A stretch of 64,000 nt of DNA from Balanoglossus misakiensis (taxonomy: Eukaryota; Animalia; Hemichordata): positions 19,876,303 through 19,940,302 of the forward strand of contig CM082577.2 in assembly GCA_040954595.2 (NCBI GenBank), given 5' to 3'. Of the stretch, positions 35,831 through 49,400 are shown piece after piece. The translations under genes were made by a program, and so were the position numbers. Below the pieces are notes generated by a model that saw nothing but the letters and a program-made list of their open reading frames with translations, was not told the origin of the DNA and did not search any database. The first letter of the stretch is position 1, and each line of letters opens with the position of its first letter.

Positions 35831-38800
35831 TGCCATTGGACGACGACCATACAAATTGAAGCCATACAAATCGAAGCTGTTTGTGTCAACACCAAATTTG
35901 ACCCAAAACTCGATGATGTCATCACATCACGTTCGTGTGAAATATGTAGTCAAATTTAAGTTGGCCATTTCATATGATCAAAAATTTTTGATGTAGAAAG
36001 GAAGAAATTACATGTACCTATACTCGTAGAGTTCCATATGAATTTCATTTTACAGGTCAACATTGGTTACTTGCATATGAATTTTCAAATCAATCTGACC
36101 AGTAGTTGTTGAGTTTTGACCAGTTTTACATTTTAAAGCTAATTTGCATAGTTTTGGCATGACAACATTTGAATAAACTCCCATCTACAGCCCGTAATGC
36201 ATCTGCACACCAAATATCGAGATTATACATGCGGCGTTTTTCAAGTTTCTGATGTGGACGGACATACAGACATACATACAGACGCAACCGATTCCATAAG
36301 GTCCCATGGTATACATAAATATATACAAAACGGAACTAAAAATAGTTGACTTGAAAATGCCAGATTCTAATTGATGATTGTCCAGCAAAGACCAGTCTTC
36401 CACAATAGTAGTACATGTATACGGCATAATGGATTTGAAATTATTCTTTTTTTTATTGGCACATGGACAAATGCAAAAATAGACCGAAGTGACCCAAACT
36501 TGTTTTATGTAAGTTTTGATATTACATATGCACATATTTAAATGTGGAAGTGGACCATGAAACAAATTTGGGGTTCTTTTGACAGCATCTTGCAGGAACA
36601 TGTTTCCTAGGAAAACTGATGTGATCACAGATTTAATGGAACAAGCAGCATCAGGATACATTATAAGCATACTCACATTCTCATTATTGAAGCTTGAGAG
36701 ACGACACAAGACACAAGCAACATTTCTTTACTTCCATCTTTATTAGATAAATCCTCATTAAATACCAGGTTATCATTTTATCAAATTGCGTTTAAAATAG
36801 TTTGAATGACAATGCTTTGAAAATATTTCACTAAAAATACTATAGTAATACTGTCTTAAGTACTGACTTGCTATATGGTATTGCTATCTCAAGTCTGTAT
36901 CTGTTGCATTCTGATTTGATTGCAAAACGTGTTTCTTAAATGCATGATGATCTCCTTTGGCCAAATTATCCAACAAAATACACAAGGATGCTTATTTTTT
37001 ATATTTAAAATCATTGGCTATAAAAAAGGTTAAAAGATCGTCAATAAAATGTGATGAGCTATGTTTGAAATATATAATATCTAAACATGAGAATGTGATT
37101 CAGCAATTGTACACAGCACAATATGGAAATGTAAAAAATAGCGTCAAGGACACTGTGGTCCCATTTGAGGATTATGCGGAAACAGTGACACACCAGAATA
37201 AAAATTACAGGTGACATTGCAAGCAGATATGATCTTATGATATAGAAATATGGAATGTACAAAAATTAACAAGTGTCGTTGCAGTCTTACAAGTGGTGCT
37301 ATAAAAAAATTGTCTGTACAAACACATATGAGATTTCCTTCGGTCAGCCCTGGAACAGACAGACAGACACACACTGACCTGCCACTGGTAATTAAAAATT
37401 TAATAGCTGGTGGTCTCTGTAACAGCTGGCCTATTAAAGTTATGTAAACATGTCTAATAAATTGTTTTCTTCTAATATACAGCTTGCAAAATTTTTCATG
37501 ATGAAACAGCACAATGATAGATGAGAAATAGCATTATTAGTTGGTCACAACATTAATGGGACACTTGACTCTGTCTTCTTATCATTAATTAAGTCACATG
37601 ATTCATAAATCTTGTAATACTGTCCATTGTCACTGAAGCAGTTTGTTCAAATATAAAAATAAAATTAATTCACACTTCTATTTTCGGTACTATATATTTA
37701 TGACTATAGTTAAAGTGCATCAATAGAAAATATATGACACAGTCCATAAAAGGTCATTTAAAAACTGAAAGTAAGAAAACAAGAACAGAAACAACTTGAA
37801 GCTAATTTTTTGTAGGAAAATAATCATTACGATTGGCAGAACTGTGTTCATTTTGAACATATGGACCCAGTGAAAGTGAAACCTCAGGACATACACTTAA
37901 AATGTGAAACTGCCACTACGATGGAAGTGGCACAATCTCTGTGCAAGCTCTACAATAGAACTGTCTACATGTACTTCTAAGCGTCCAGGTGGTTTGCAGT
38001 GGTCTCCACCTTGGGTTCCTGCCTAAAGATTTACCTTTGTTGTAAAGCCTTAAAAGTATATTTTCAGCTATGGGAAAACAGCATTGATGATTTTTTGCCA
38101 AAATTGCTAGCCGCTACGAGTGAGTTTGAGGTTTCTAGAGTTTGATATTCAGAATGCTTACAAGACATGCCGAACATTGTTTACAAAAACAAGATAACAG
38201 GACTGATGCTGACCCTCCTTGTTTATAATGAGGGGGAGCTCACAAGGTTTACCGATGGCTACCCCGACTGTCCTCCAAGATTTAACGAACAGTATCATGA
38301 GAACAATGAGTCAATGGAACGTTGTAGGTCCTTCTGTGGTAGAATTGGAATGGACAGGTTTTGATATTTCACAGCCAGTTTTTAGCAAATGTAATACAGG
38401 TATTCTTTCATGCATTTTATGTGCACCATTGAATCAGTAATTGTTTACGTACAACACTGTGGTAGTTGGCACAGAGCACGATTATTTATGTACACAGAGA
38501 TACACACCGCAACTGCACATACGCAAATAGGTACAAATCTTTGGCACTGATATCATTATTGATTGCTGATCCACTGCAATGGTTACATTTACTTTAATAC
38601 TACATTGTATAGATATATAAAATAAATCAGTGATGTTAAATGCTTCAATTATATATGGATGGTCGAGTCTATGGTTGATAATAGACACACCAGTTTCTCG
38701 ATGGCCAAATGGGATGATGTGAACATCTCTCCAGGGAAAGATTTGTAAGTGCATGCAATCACAGTGAAAAATTAAGGTAACAGCCTGTGGCTGAATGAAA

Positions 38801-39770
38801 TTCAGGTAGAAACTGCTTGATTGTGTATAGACTACATCACACATCCATACATGTATTACCCAGAATATAAAGCAGCCATCTTGTAATCAACAGCGTTTAA
38901 TGCTTGCATGCAAATGGATATTGTGTTTCATCATTCGACATCATACTTTCATAGAAATTTCAATGCATAGTAAAAAAACTTCTTATAAAATCTTTCTATT
39001 GAAAATTTCTCTTGATCATTTTTCTTCCATATCACTCTACTATGACATGCACTATGACTCTCCTACAAGTGGCTGTTGTGGTGGAGGTAGCACTGACATT
39101 ATTGGAGTTTACTGACAGAAAATGCAGGTAAACTGATAATTTGCACATATCTTACTCAGTGAGCTTGCTTACAATGTATTGTTGTGTGTGATGGGGGGGG
39201 GGGGGGGGGTTCAGACTCACTGGGTACAGCAATCCCATGGGTCTGTTGGGTATTATTTTTTGTTTGGTGAGCCCATAGCATGCATTGCCTGAACTTGGGC
39301 TACATGTAACATAGTTCGACCAGGATTGGCTATTAGCTGTGGATTAATGACATGGTGAAACACCATGTAAGTATTCTCGTGTTTTGAGGAATACAAGAGA
39401 AGCTGGCCTATGAGAAAAGTCACTCTGTGGGAGAACTCGGCAAGCGGGAGATGAAATTGAAGCTGTTTACACTTCTGTATCATGTATGTTTTATATTTGT
39501 TGATCTGATTTTATCCCTGTGTGGAGTGACCGTGATATTTGTTATGAACTTGAATCCAAAATTCCAAAGCAATTAGAGAAAAACTTTGGTTACTCCTTAC
39601 TTATCCTACTTTCAACAAGCAGTTTCAGAGCAAACACCATTGGCAAAAAACACAAATATCCAAATGTCATCATAATTGTTCAATATCTTACTTCAATCAC
39701 CACAATTTTAGCAATGACAACTTCATTTGAACAAACAGCTATCTTAAAGTTTTTGATATGGACAGACATA

Positions 39771-39950
39771 CAGTCAAACCTCTCTATAGTGGCCAGTCAA
39801 GGGACTTTCCTAAACTGGCCTTTATAGAGAAGTGACCTTTATATAGAGTTTAATTAACACACACATGTGAATTGCACAGAGACTGTAACAAAGTGGCCAC
39901 TATATAGAGGTGACCGCCATATAGAGTGGCCACTAACAGGGGTTTGACTG
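39771..39950. mobile_element. Tc1/mariner-type MITE
   Basis: TA|CAGTCAAACC...GGTTTGACTG|TA. Confidence 0.75.
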
Positions 39951-40094
39951 TACACAGTACACACAACTGATCCCATAAGGTCCCATTTATCATGGTCACT
40001 CCACACACGGCCATGAATCAAAAATTGGGCCCTTTGTTATTGACCGCCTTTCGTATTTACTTTGTTAATAGGGATTAATGGAGATGATCCTCTG

Positions 40095-40835
40095 GTGTTG
40101 GGAGCTGTTAAATTAAGTGCCTTTCTCACGTGCCGTCAACGCCGCCCCAGCGGCGGCCCTAGGGCGGCGTTAATTTGTAAGTGCCACGTGTGAAAAGGTG
40201 AGAGCGGCCCTGCGCCGCTCTTTTTTTGTGACGGTGTTGAGGGGTGGGACCTGGGTCGGGGCGCCGCACTAAACAGCGATTCAAATCACGTGTGAACAGA
40301 AACACCGCACTAAACGCCGATCTAAACGCACTCTGCCGACGCGGTTTGTCTCATTAAGCGCTGCATTAAGCGTTGAGGTTCACTTTACTAAAACAATGGC
40401 CGAAGCAGTGTCTCGAGGCAACAATTGGAGTGACGCGGAAATGGCCAAGGCACATACAAAGGAATTGCAAACTCGACCTCCGACGACGATTTAGTAGCAT
40501 GGACTGCAGTCTTCCAGGCGCAACCTCCAATGAAAGGTTACCATAAACCGGTATCGGTTCATTCAAATGCCCATGAAATCGGCGTCGGCGACGTTTAAAA
40601 AGCAAATTCAGGAGTACCATATACAGTAGCTCTGGACTTATTCGCTGTTTGGGTATAAGTCCAGAGCTACATATACAGTTTAGCCACGCTGCTGTGGACG
40701 CATTGAGTGCGGTGATCCCGTCCCTTTTATACACATGTGAATGCAAAACTATTTGAGTCGCTGATAAGAAATGTTTACCAACTTTTATAATCCCAAAAAG
40801 GGCGCCCTAATCATTTCACGTGTGCAAGCGACTTT
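40095..40835 (+). mobile_element. Harbinger deletion derivative with a Myb/SANT start remnant
   Basis: GC-rich; imperfect TIR around cacgtg; ATG at 40396 gives MAEAVSRGNNWSDAE. Confidence 0.45.
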
Positions 40836-42996
40836 AGTTACAAAGTCAACCCCATATAAGTCTTGTTCTCACTAAAAGTTTCGACACCGGTGTTATGCCA
40901 GTGTTTACTCTCTGCAAACACAGGGGATTAGCTCACAGAATCTCTGTGCGTCCACACACTAAACCTTTGGCCACTGTTTTGAAATAAACACCGTCTAAAT
41001 GGCCATGTTTAGCAACACGGCAACTAACAAAATTGAGGACGTCGAGGACATTACAGCAACATGTTTCAGTTTCTATACCTGCATATGCGTTCTAGATGAC
41101 TTTGTCGTCTTCATGACAGTTTTGAGAATGTTTAGAAGTAAATGAATGTTAATCCATAAATGGAAAATGCCTCAGCTTTTCGGTGATCGAGAGAATCTTC
41201 TGAAAGTTGGTAGCAGACAGAAGTGTTGCAGACCTGGCAAACTGCGAATGGTTTGAAAACCACTCGCGTCCAGTGTGATTGACTTCACAATGGAAACTGA
41301 CCAAAGACAATGGGCTATGCCTAATAAACATACCCAAAAGTCACTGCAGGGTGGCGCTTTTGAACGGTGTTTGTTAGGGGCACAAGCGCCCTCAGGCGCT
41401 TGTGCCCCTTCTGTTATTGCTGGAGTTTTTCTTCTTTCTTCTTGAGTTGTTTTTTTGCTCCCGTTTTTCTCAAAAATCCCTGGACGTAACCCTGTGAAAC
41501 TTGGCACGGTGGTTGGGGCCCATGAGTACTTGTGCACCTGCCCTTTGAATTTGTAATTACTCACGTGACTTAGTGGCTATAATCGAGCGAAATTTTCAAA
41601 TTGACCTAATTTGCACATTAATGGCGGCATTTGAATTCTTTTCTCAAACTTTGTATACCATATGACTAAAATCCCCTGTGTCAAATTTCAAGGTCCTAGG
41701 CCATGTCGATTTTGAGAAGATTTTTGTAATATTTTTCGCATTTTTGGTGGGCTGAGGACGAACACTAGGGCATCGGACTTTGACAGTCATTACGTAATGT
41801 TGTGGAGATCTCATTAGCAGGGTACATGTACTCACTTCTGGCGGGTTGCAGGAGTCCTTGGAAAATCGACTGAAATACGTAAACAGACCAGTGATTATTT
41901 TCCACGGAATGAATTTTGGGACAACACATTATCGGAGTTCAGGCTGTGTTAGGGCGTTTTATTGAATTACGCTGAGTTTGTTAGCTGTTGCCGTTCAAAT
42001 GTGTCTACGCAGACCCGGCTACACTGGTTAACATTCAATGTAATGCGGCAGCGGACTTTGACCCTCAGTCGCTAATGTGGCCGAAATACGTCAGCAGACC
42101 AATGATTTTCTTGCACGAAGGGAGTATGGTACCAGCAATAATCAGAGATCAGGCTTCTTTGCCGTTCAGTTCCTACTTCAGTCGTGACGTTGCAACTGAA
42201 CGTTCAGTATGGGGGTTGGCCCGCAGGTGGCCCGTAATGGCACGCAGCTACATGCAGCTGTATGGGACCAAAATAATACGCCCGATTCGGGGGTCACCTG
42301 TGACACCGTACCTGCGTAACTCTATTATGTGCATGCGTAATTGTGGGGTCAATGAAAGGGATGCTAGCGTGGTATTTGTTGCACATGGATCAATATGAAG
42401 TCCGATTTTCCTGTCAAGTTGTGGGCGACCTTATGTGACAATTTCACCTACTTTTGCTTTGTGAATAACAGCAGATGCATGCAGCTTTGGCGTGGGGGGG
42501 GGGGGATATACGGATGGGACCATAATGATATACCAAAGGCGGGGTCACCTGTTGCACCTGCCTAAGTCATTATTGATTTTGTACATTTAATTTTACACTA
42601 ACCAACAGGGCGATATGTGTGGTTTTTGTTCCACTGGGAAAACATATACCTTCACAATCAACCATTTCATGTTCCTATACACATTAAGAATGTCAGGCAG
42701 ACATAAATACCTACCCAATGGGGGTCTTATATAGTCACTGTAGCATAGAAAATGCACATACTGAACAAATGTGTCCCTGCATCATATAAAATTTCACAAG
42801 AGTTACAGAACATTCCATTAAAACTATTAATGGGGAACTAACTCTAGTAGTCAATATTACTGTTGCAACAATACATGTGACAGAAATGACAAAATAAGTC
42901 TACCCATCCTTGAGTATCACAAAGGTAGTAGTCTCATGGTGCATGTCTGTCTACTATCGGTAATGGTCAATCTAGTATCATCATGTATCCACCCAA

Positions 42997-43490
42997 TTAG
43001 AAATGTGATTCAGTAATGGACCCAGCACTTGTGGGATATGTTTTCTGTGACTCTGTTTGTGTTGAATGATTTGCAACAATCTCAATGTTCTGTGAATTGG
43101 ATGAACTGCGAAAACCTTCCTGAGAATGATTCATGATGGATTCAGTATTACCTCCATCATCTGTCACAGATTGTATGTCTTCTAAATGGTCTGGCTGAGC
43201 ACTTGTTTTTGTCGAGTGTGTTGTTCCAACTTCTATTTTCCTGGAGTGCATTATCCTGGATTCCACATTCATGGACTGTGATAACCTGGAAGTGATACCA
43301 GGTTCTGTGGTCCTGGCTGCTGGTAGCAGGGATTCTTTGCTCACTTCTTGTTCTCCATCAGACAGGTTTTCTGTGCTGGCAAGAGGCATCCTTTGTGTTT
43401 TTTTCCTTGGTAGTCTCAAACTCTGACTTCTAAGACTATACGCAAAGGGTTTTTTGTTGTCTTTGGTTCTTCCATTTCCTTCTTTTGGTG
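42997..43490 (-). CDS. USP31: USP31-like last coding exon
   Basis: tttcag| acceptor in phase; Ser/Thr-rich tail ending ITESHF*. Confidence 0.8.
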
Positions 43491-46400
43491 CTGAAATTGA
43501 AGTAAGTAGGAAAGTTTTATTTTCATAAATTATGTAATTTTTTTCTGTTTGGTGACATGATTGATTTCAATTTTCGCAATATCAAGAGGCCACTGCGACG
43601 ATTAATTTTCGCATTCTCGTATTTCACTAACTGCATCGTTATTTCCTAAAAACATTTTTACACATCTTTAAATTTCCGCGTTTTATTTGGCTCTCGCGAA
43701 GTTCCCAAAAATTTATCGTTCACGAAAATTCCTAAGTAGTCCCTAATTAAGCAAACCTGCCATAAGGCCCCCCCCCCAAAAAAAAAAAACATAAACAAAC
43801 AAACAAACAAGCGACATGCAGCCGACAGAGCTCCGCTGTAATGGAGTGCAGAAACGATTAGGTAACCAGTTAGCAGGATTGATGCAGGTTATGAGGAGAA
43901 GCTGAATATTCAACAAACAATAAGAAAGTGTAGAGGATAGACATATACACACATGGTAGAACCATTTTTGATGGTTTGTGTACAGAGGTACTGTTGATAC
44001 AACCCTAATGATACTGGGTGTCATAGTCTGTTGGAGTCTTTTTTTTGGTGTGTTTTTTTTGCCTTTTTTGACTGTTTTTATTCAACCATCAACAATAATA
44101 TGCAAACAATATGAGAATATAGGAATACATGCATAGATAAATGCACAGCACTGTTCATAATCATTCGGTAGGATAAATCAATCACCAGTGGACAACACTC
44201 CTCTTGTCTTGATACACTTCTGTCAAAGAACGCTTGGTATTTATATCCACTCGACCAAAGGGTCTCAGTATTTTTGCCCCAGTCTTCACTTTTAAGGAAA
44301 TAAACATGAAACATCACAATACGCAGTGTGTCTTTCAGAACCGTACTCTGCGCATGCCTTCTTACAGGGTTCATACACCTAGAGCAGTTCCAAATTCCAG
44401 GAGATTTCCAGCAATTTTCCAGGAGTTTTTGTGGTACAAATGCCATTTTCCAGGCTGGTTCACTTGACAAAATTGTGCATATTACTATTTCATTCATATT
44501 CAATTGTTTTTCTATAGTTTCAACAAATACTTTTAGAGACTTTCCATTGTGATAGGACAGATTTCAATGACCCCAGGCAATGACCTCCACATGAAGACCT
44601 AGTAAAACAATTTTACTTTTCACCCAGAGATCTCCTGGGATCCCAAATTTTCTGGCATATTTGTCTAGAAGCCCACAAAAGTGCCACGTAATAATTAGGG
44701 GTTAAAACACGAATTTTGGTCGATAACACGTCGTAATAACCCCTTTATCCCTTTATCATACATGCCTACCTATAAAACACTACGATTTGCAAAAATGCGC
44801 TGAGAAAAACAATTTCACGGCCAGAAATTTGAACCGGGCACACTGGGATCACGGCAGTAGCCCATAGCCAAGTGAGACAGGGCGATACGATCAGGTGATC
44901 AACGTGTAGGCCGTAGTATTATTCTAAGGGGGTTGGCAGCTTTCATTACGATGGGCACATCCGCATTCTAAATAAAATTGTCTATGTTCTCTTTCAATAT
45001 ATCATGTTAACAATTATTTCGCTTTGAGAATTCCGAAGAAGTAGAAATGATACATTCAACATGACAAAACCGCCAGCTTTGAAAACTTTATTACAGCTTC
45101 TAATAACCGATTTTACAACACCCTTCTTCACTAGAGTCCTATGGCCTGTGTGTCGCTCGCGCGCGCAGCGAACTGTCGCGCCGAGACGCGGACGCGATAT
45201 TTTCACATTGTGAAATACCGTTAAATATCTTCTGGGCAAGAACAATAGAAAGTGTTAAATACAGGCGTAGCATGTATGATAAATGTTCATATTTCAATTG
45301 AGATGAAATTTTTACTATTATTGGATATTTAACAAGAAAAGGCAAAATCCTCTGTTAATAAATATTGTCTTGTTTTCATTGAAGGGTTCTGAATGAATCA
45401 GGCAGTCTAGCTCTAGAATCAAGAAATGGTTGTAGCTTATGATTTTATGTAATCCTAAGGAAATGTATTATACTAAATGTGTGTTGATCATATTCCATCA
45501 AAAGTCAGTGGAAATAATCATCTGATGTAGTTTTTGGCTTGGTTAAAAGTAAAACCGGACACATTTATTTAAGAATGGCTGTACATGAATATGTTTAAAA
45601 ACAATTTTTGTTGTTTTTCTCTCTCTGGACTGGATAACACGATACCAACTGCATGCAAGAGGCGCATTGACTATGCAGTGTACATGCCAATTTTCCTTTG
45701 ATTTATGCCCTGATAAAATCGACAAATTAATGATGGAAATTACTGTTTTACTGCTGAAAACAAAATAAACAAAATAGTGTCAAGGACACTGTGGTCCCAT
45801 TTATGGATTATTCAGAAATAGGGATACACCAGAATAAAAATTACAGGTGACATTGCAAGCAGATATGATCTAATCACACAGAAATATGGAATGTAAAAAA
45901 AAATAACATGCAACATGCCCAATAAGCTGTCATGTGTCGTGGCAGTCTTACAAGTCGTGCTAGAAAAATTTATTTTTGACCAAAAATTGTCTGTACAAAC
46001 ACATATGAGAAGCAACTTCTTTCAGTCAGCCCTGGAACAGACACACAGACAGACAAAGATGCTCACTGACCTGCCACTGGTAATTAAAAATTTAATAGCT
46101 GGTGGTCTCTGTAACAACTGGCCTATTAAAGTTATGTAAACATGTCTAAGTTCGGGGTAACAACTCCTTGTAAACAGTAACTTTCAGAACAACTGGACAA
46201 TTAGTTTAGGAGAAGATTTGCTAACCAAAAACAAAGAAAGTTACAAAAAAATCGCTAAATATTGAATATTTCTGATATCAGAATTGAATAAAAGTTGTAC
46301 AGGTATGTGTTATGAAATTGTATCCTAAATTTCAAAGCAATCAGAGAAAAAACAAATTTCAAAGCAGTTTTCAAGAAAATACTTGTTCAAAAGTGGCAAA

Positions 46401-49400
46401 AATACAAATATGCAAATATCACCAAAATTGTACAATATCTTACTTCAATCACTATAAGGAACATGCCTGCCAAAGTTCAATGCAATGTGACACGTGGTTT
46501 CAGAGAAAACAATTTTTAACAAAAATTGGAAAAAATTTCCCCAATAACACATTTAGGCAAATATCAGAATTTTTGTAGCAACAACTTACTTGGGTTACCC
46601 CTACGAACATGCCTACCAAATTGCAAAGCAACCTGGCATGCAGTTTTAAAGAAAAAAAATTTGACCAAAAATTGCTCAAAATCATAAATATGCAAATTTT
46701 GCAACAATTTTAACAAAACTATGGTTACTCAGACAACCTTTAGGAAGCTTCAAACTAAATTTCAAAGAAGTAGGCCTATCACTTTCAGAAATAAAGACTT
46801 TTTTACCAATAATGTGGAAAAATACAAAAAAATGCATAAAAAAAGAAAATCAATAATATTAGATCAAAACATACAGGACTGTATGAGGTTGACATAAAGT
46901 ACATGCATACTAATTTTCAAATCAATATGACCAGTGGTTGTCGAGTTTTTGAGTTTTGACCAATTTCACATTTTCCCCAGCTAATTTGCATATTTTTGGC
47001 AATGACAACTTCATTTGAACAAACTCCCATCTACAGCCCGGCCTGCATCTACACACCAAATATCGAGGTCATACGCGCTGCGGTTTTCAAGTTTTTGATG
47101 TGGACGGACGGACATCCATCCATCCATCCATCCATACATACATACAGACGCAACCGATCCCATAAGGTCCCATGGTACATACCAATGGGACCTAATGACG
47201 CCTGCCTTTTTCCCCCTTCTTTTTGACAACACTAATTGCACCTGAACATCGATATCACGGGTGTCTGCAGGGTTGTCTGCCGTCTGTACAGGTATTCTGC
47301 GGACGCATGGCAATAACCTCTAACAAAAGTTGCTACATCTTTTGTCAAGTTTAGATTAGTTGTTGGGACCAGAACGATGAGCTGCGTTAATTGTTGCAAT
47401 TTGTTTGTGTTACGTTACTAGGCTATGATGCTATTTATAGGAAGCCTGTCTAAAGATAAACTGGCCGTTCCCCCTTGAGATGCCAAAAATAGGGTTGGTG
47501 CAGGGGGTCTAACTTGACGCGCTCGGGGGTGAGAAACAAACTACTTTTTTTGCCCTAAAGGTAGAATCCCGCACACCTAAGGATGAGGGGTCATGTCTTT
47601 TGTGTTAATTCATGCAATGGTACTCTTGTGTGATTATGCATAGACCCTAGAGAAAGAAGGACGCGCAACTCCAGGTTTTTCTTGAAACGATGTTCTTTTG
47701 CATACATTATATCCGGATAATCCCCAATAATCCAATTTGCAAATAAACTATGTATAAACTAACACAAAGTCTCGCGTTTTGCGTGAAGTTATCACAAACA
47801 CCTCAGAACATCTCACAGAAAACGAGAAAACTGCAACGTGGTTGAACTGCAGCGATCATTTATGGAACACATCTGGACAAGTTAAACACGAATTTGGCAC
47901 TTCTGAGTCTGACAGCGTCCAAAACAAGCATCTTTTGTCTAACAGTCCCGGTATTTGACAAGGCTGTGAGCTAACCGTACCTAGGGTTTCCTGTCGTCGT
48001 CAATCATGAAAAACCAAGATGGCGGCCATAGCGCACACGTGAAAATCTACAAAGTTTGTTCACAAATTGTTTTCGTGAAATCTGTTTCATTGTTCACGCA
48101 CTGCGAAATAAAATGCCTCTAAACCACAATTTTTGTTTCAATGCTTCACGCAAACATAAAATTATTACGAAAAGTGTCAGAATTACCAAGAAATATGAGT
48201 GCCCAGTCGGAATTGCAAAAAACATGGATGATTTGTTTACAATTTTTAAATGAAGCTTGTGGCACTAGAAATGACCGTTCAACCGACAGACGACACCAAA
48301 CCATAATAATTAGCACAGACATCGTAATACTTTTAGAATTTTAGAAAAAAACGCAGTGGCTGCTGAAATGCAGGAGTGTCAGTTTGGTGGCAAGTTTTCG
48401 CATCACTGGTGGGGTCGACACGTGCCAAAGTAAGGAAGTCATTGTCCAACTGTCCTAGGTGTTAATTATATGCAAAAGAACATAGTCATACCGATAATCC
48501 CCAAACCCTTCGATCTTTGCCGCAGTTGCGCGTCCTTCTTTCTCTAGGGTCTATGGATTATGGCCATTTTGTTGATGTTAATTGACATAATCAGAAAGTT
48601 TTGTTCATTTGCGGTTGGATTAAACTGAAAATGGGTACATTTATTGTAGAATGGCTTGTATATGACCAATACTGTAAAACAAACCCTGGATTCGTTCCTC
48701 GCTTAACGGGATTACATAATATGATATGACATGTCTTAAATAAGTGGATCGCACCACCAAACGTACAAAATTGTTCCATTTTATCATCAGAAAAGTGTCT
48801 GTGTAGGTGGTTTGGAATTCAAAACATGTCATAGAAGGTGACGTCTAGTTTATGTGTATCAGCACTTGTTTTGATGAGTTATTTGTTATGTGGGAACTTC
48901 CAAGGGAGAAAACAGAGTTAAATTAATTAAATCTTGTGATAGTCCGTATTTTGACTCGTTGCTCTGAAACTCGTCAAAATACGGACACATTGCTCGAATA
49001 TGACTGGTTATTGACCAAACTTTGTGTAATAAGCCCTAAGCATCACTGAATATCACACATGAAAACTTACATTGTGTATTGAATGTTCGACTGTCTGTTG
49101 AACTGAGATCCTCCATAGAGTCACTTGCAGAATGAATGATATATTGTGGCATTCTGAAGACCCAGTGATCACATCCTGATGAGCTGGTGCTAGAACTGGC
49201 TGAATTTGATGGTGCTACACTTCGATTGCTCCTCTGATAGAAAAGTAGATAGGCACTTGGTGTCACAATCTTGTCTTCGGCTATTTCTGTAACTTTAGTG
49301 TCATCATATAGGTACCACTGACCATCAACAGCATTCTTGCAAATTGCTGAGGTGAAAATAGAAATTTTTTAAAGACTTGAGTATTTTTTACAAGGATTCA

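Noticed and set aside
36185-38844. ORFs of 100-174 aa between the two genes
   Set aside because: No domains or splice-consistent exons; partly repeat-derived
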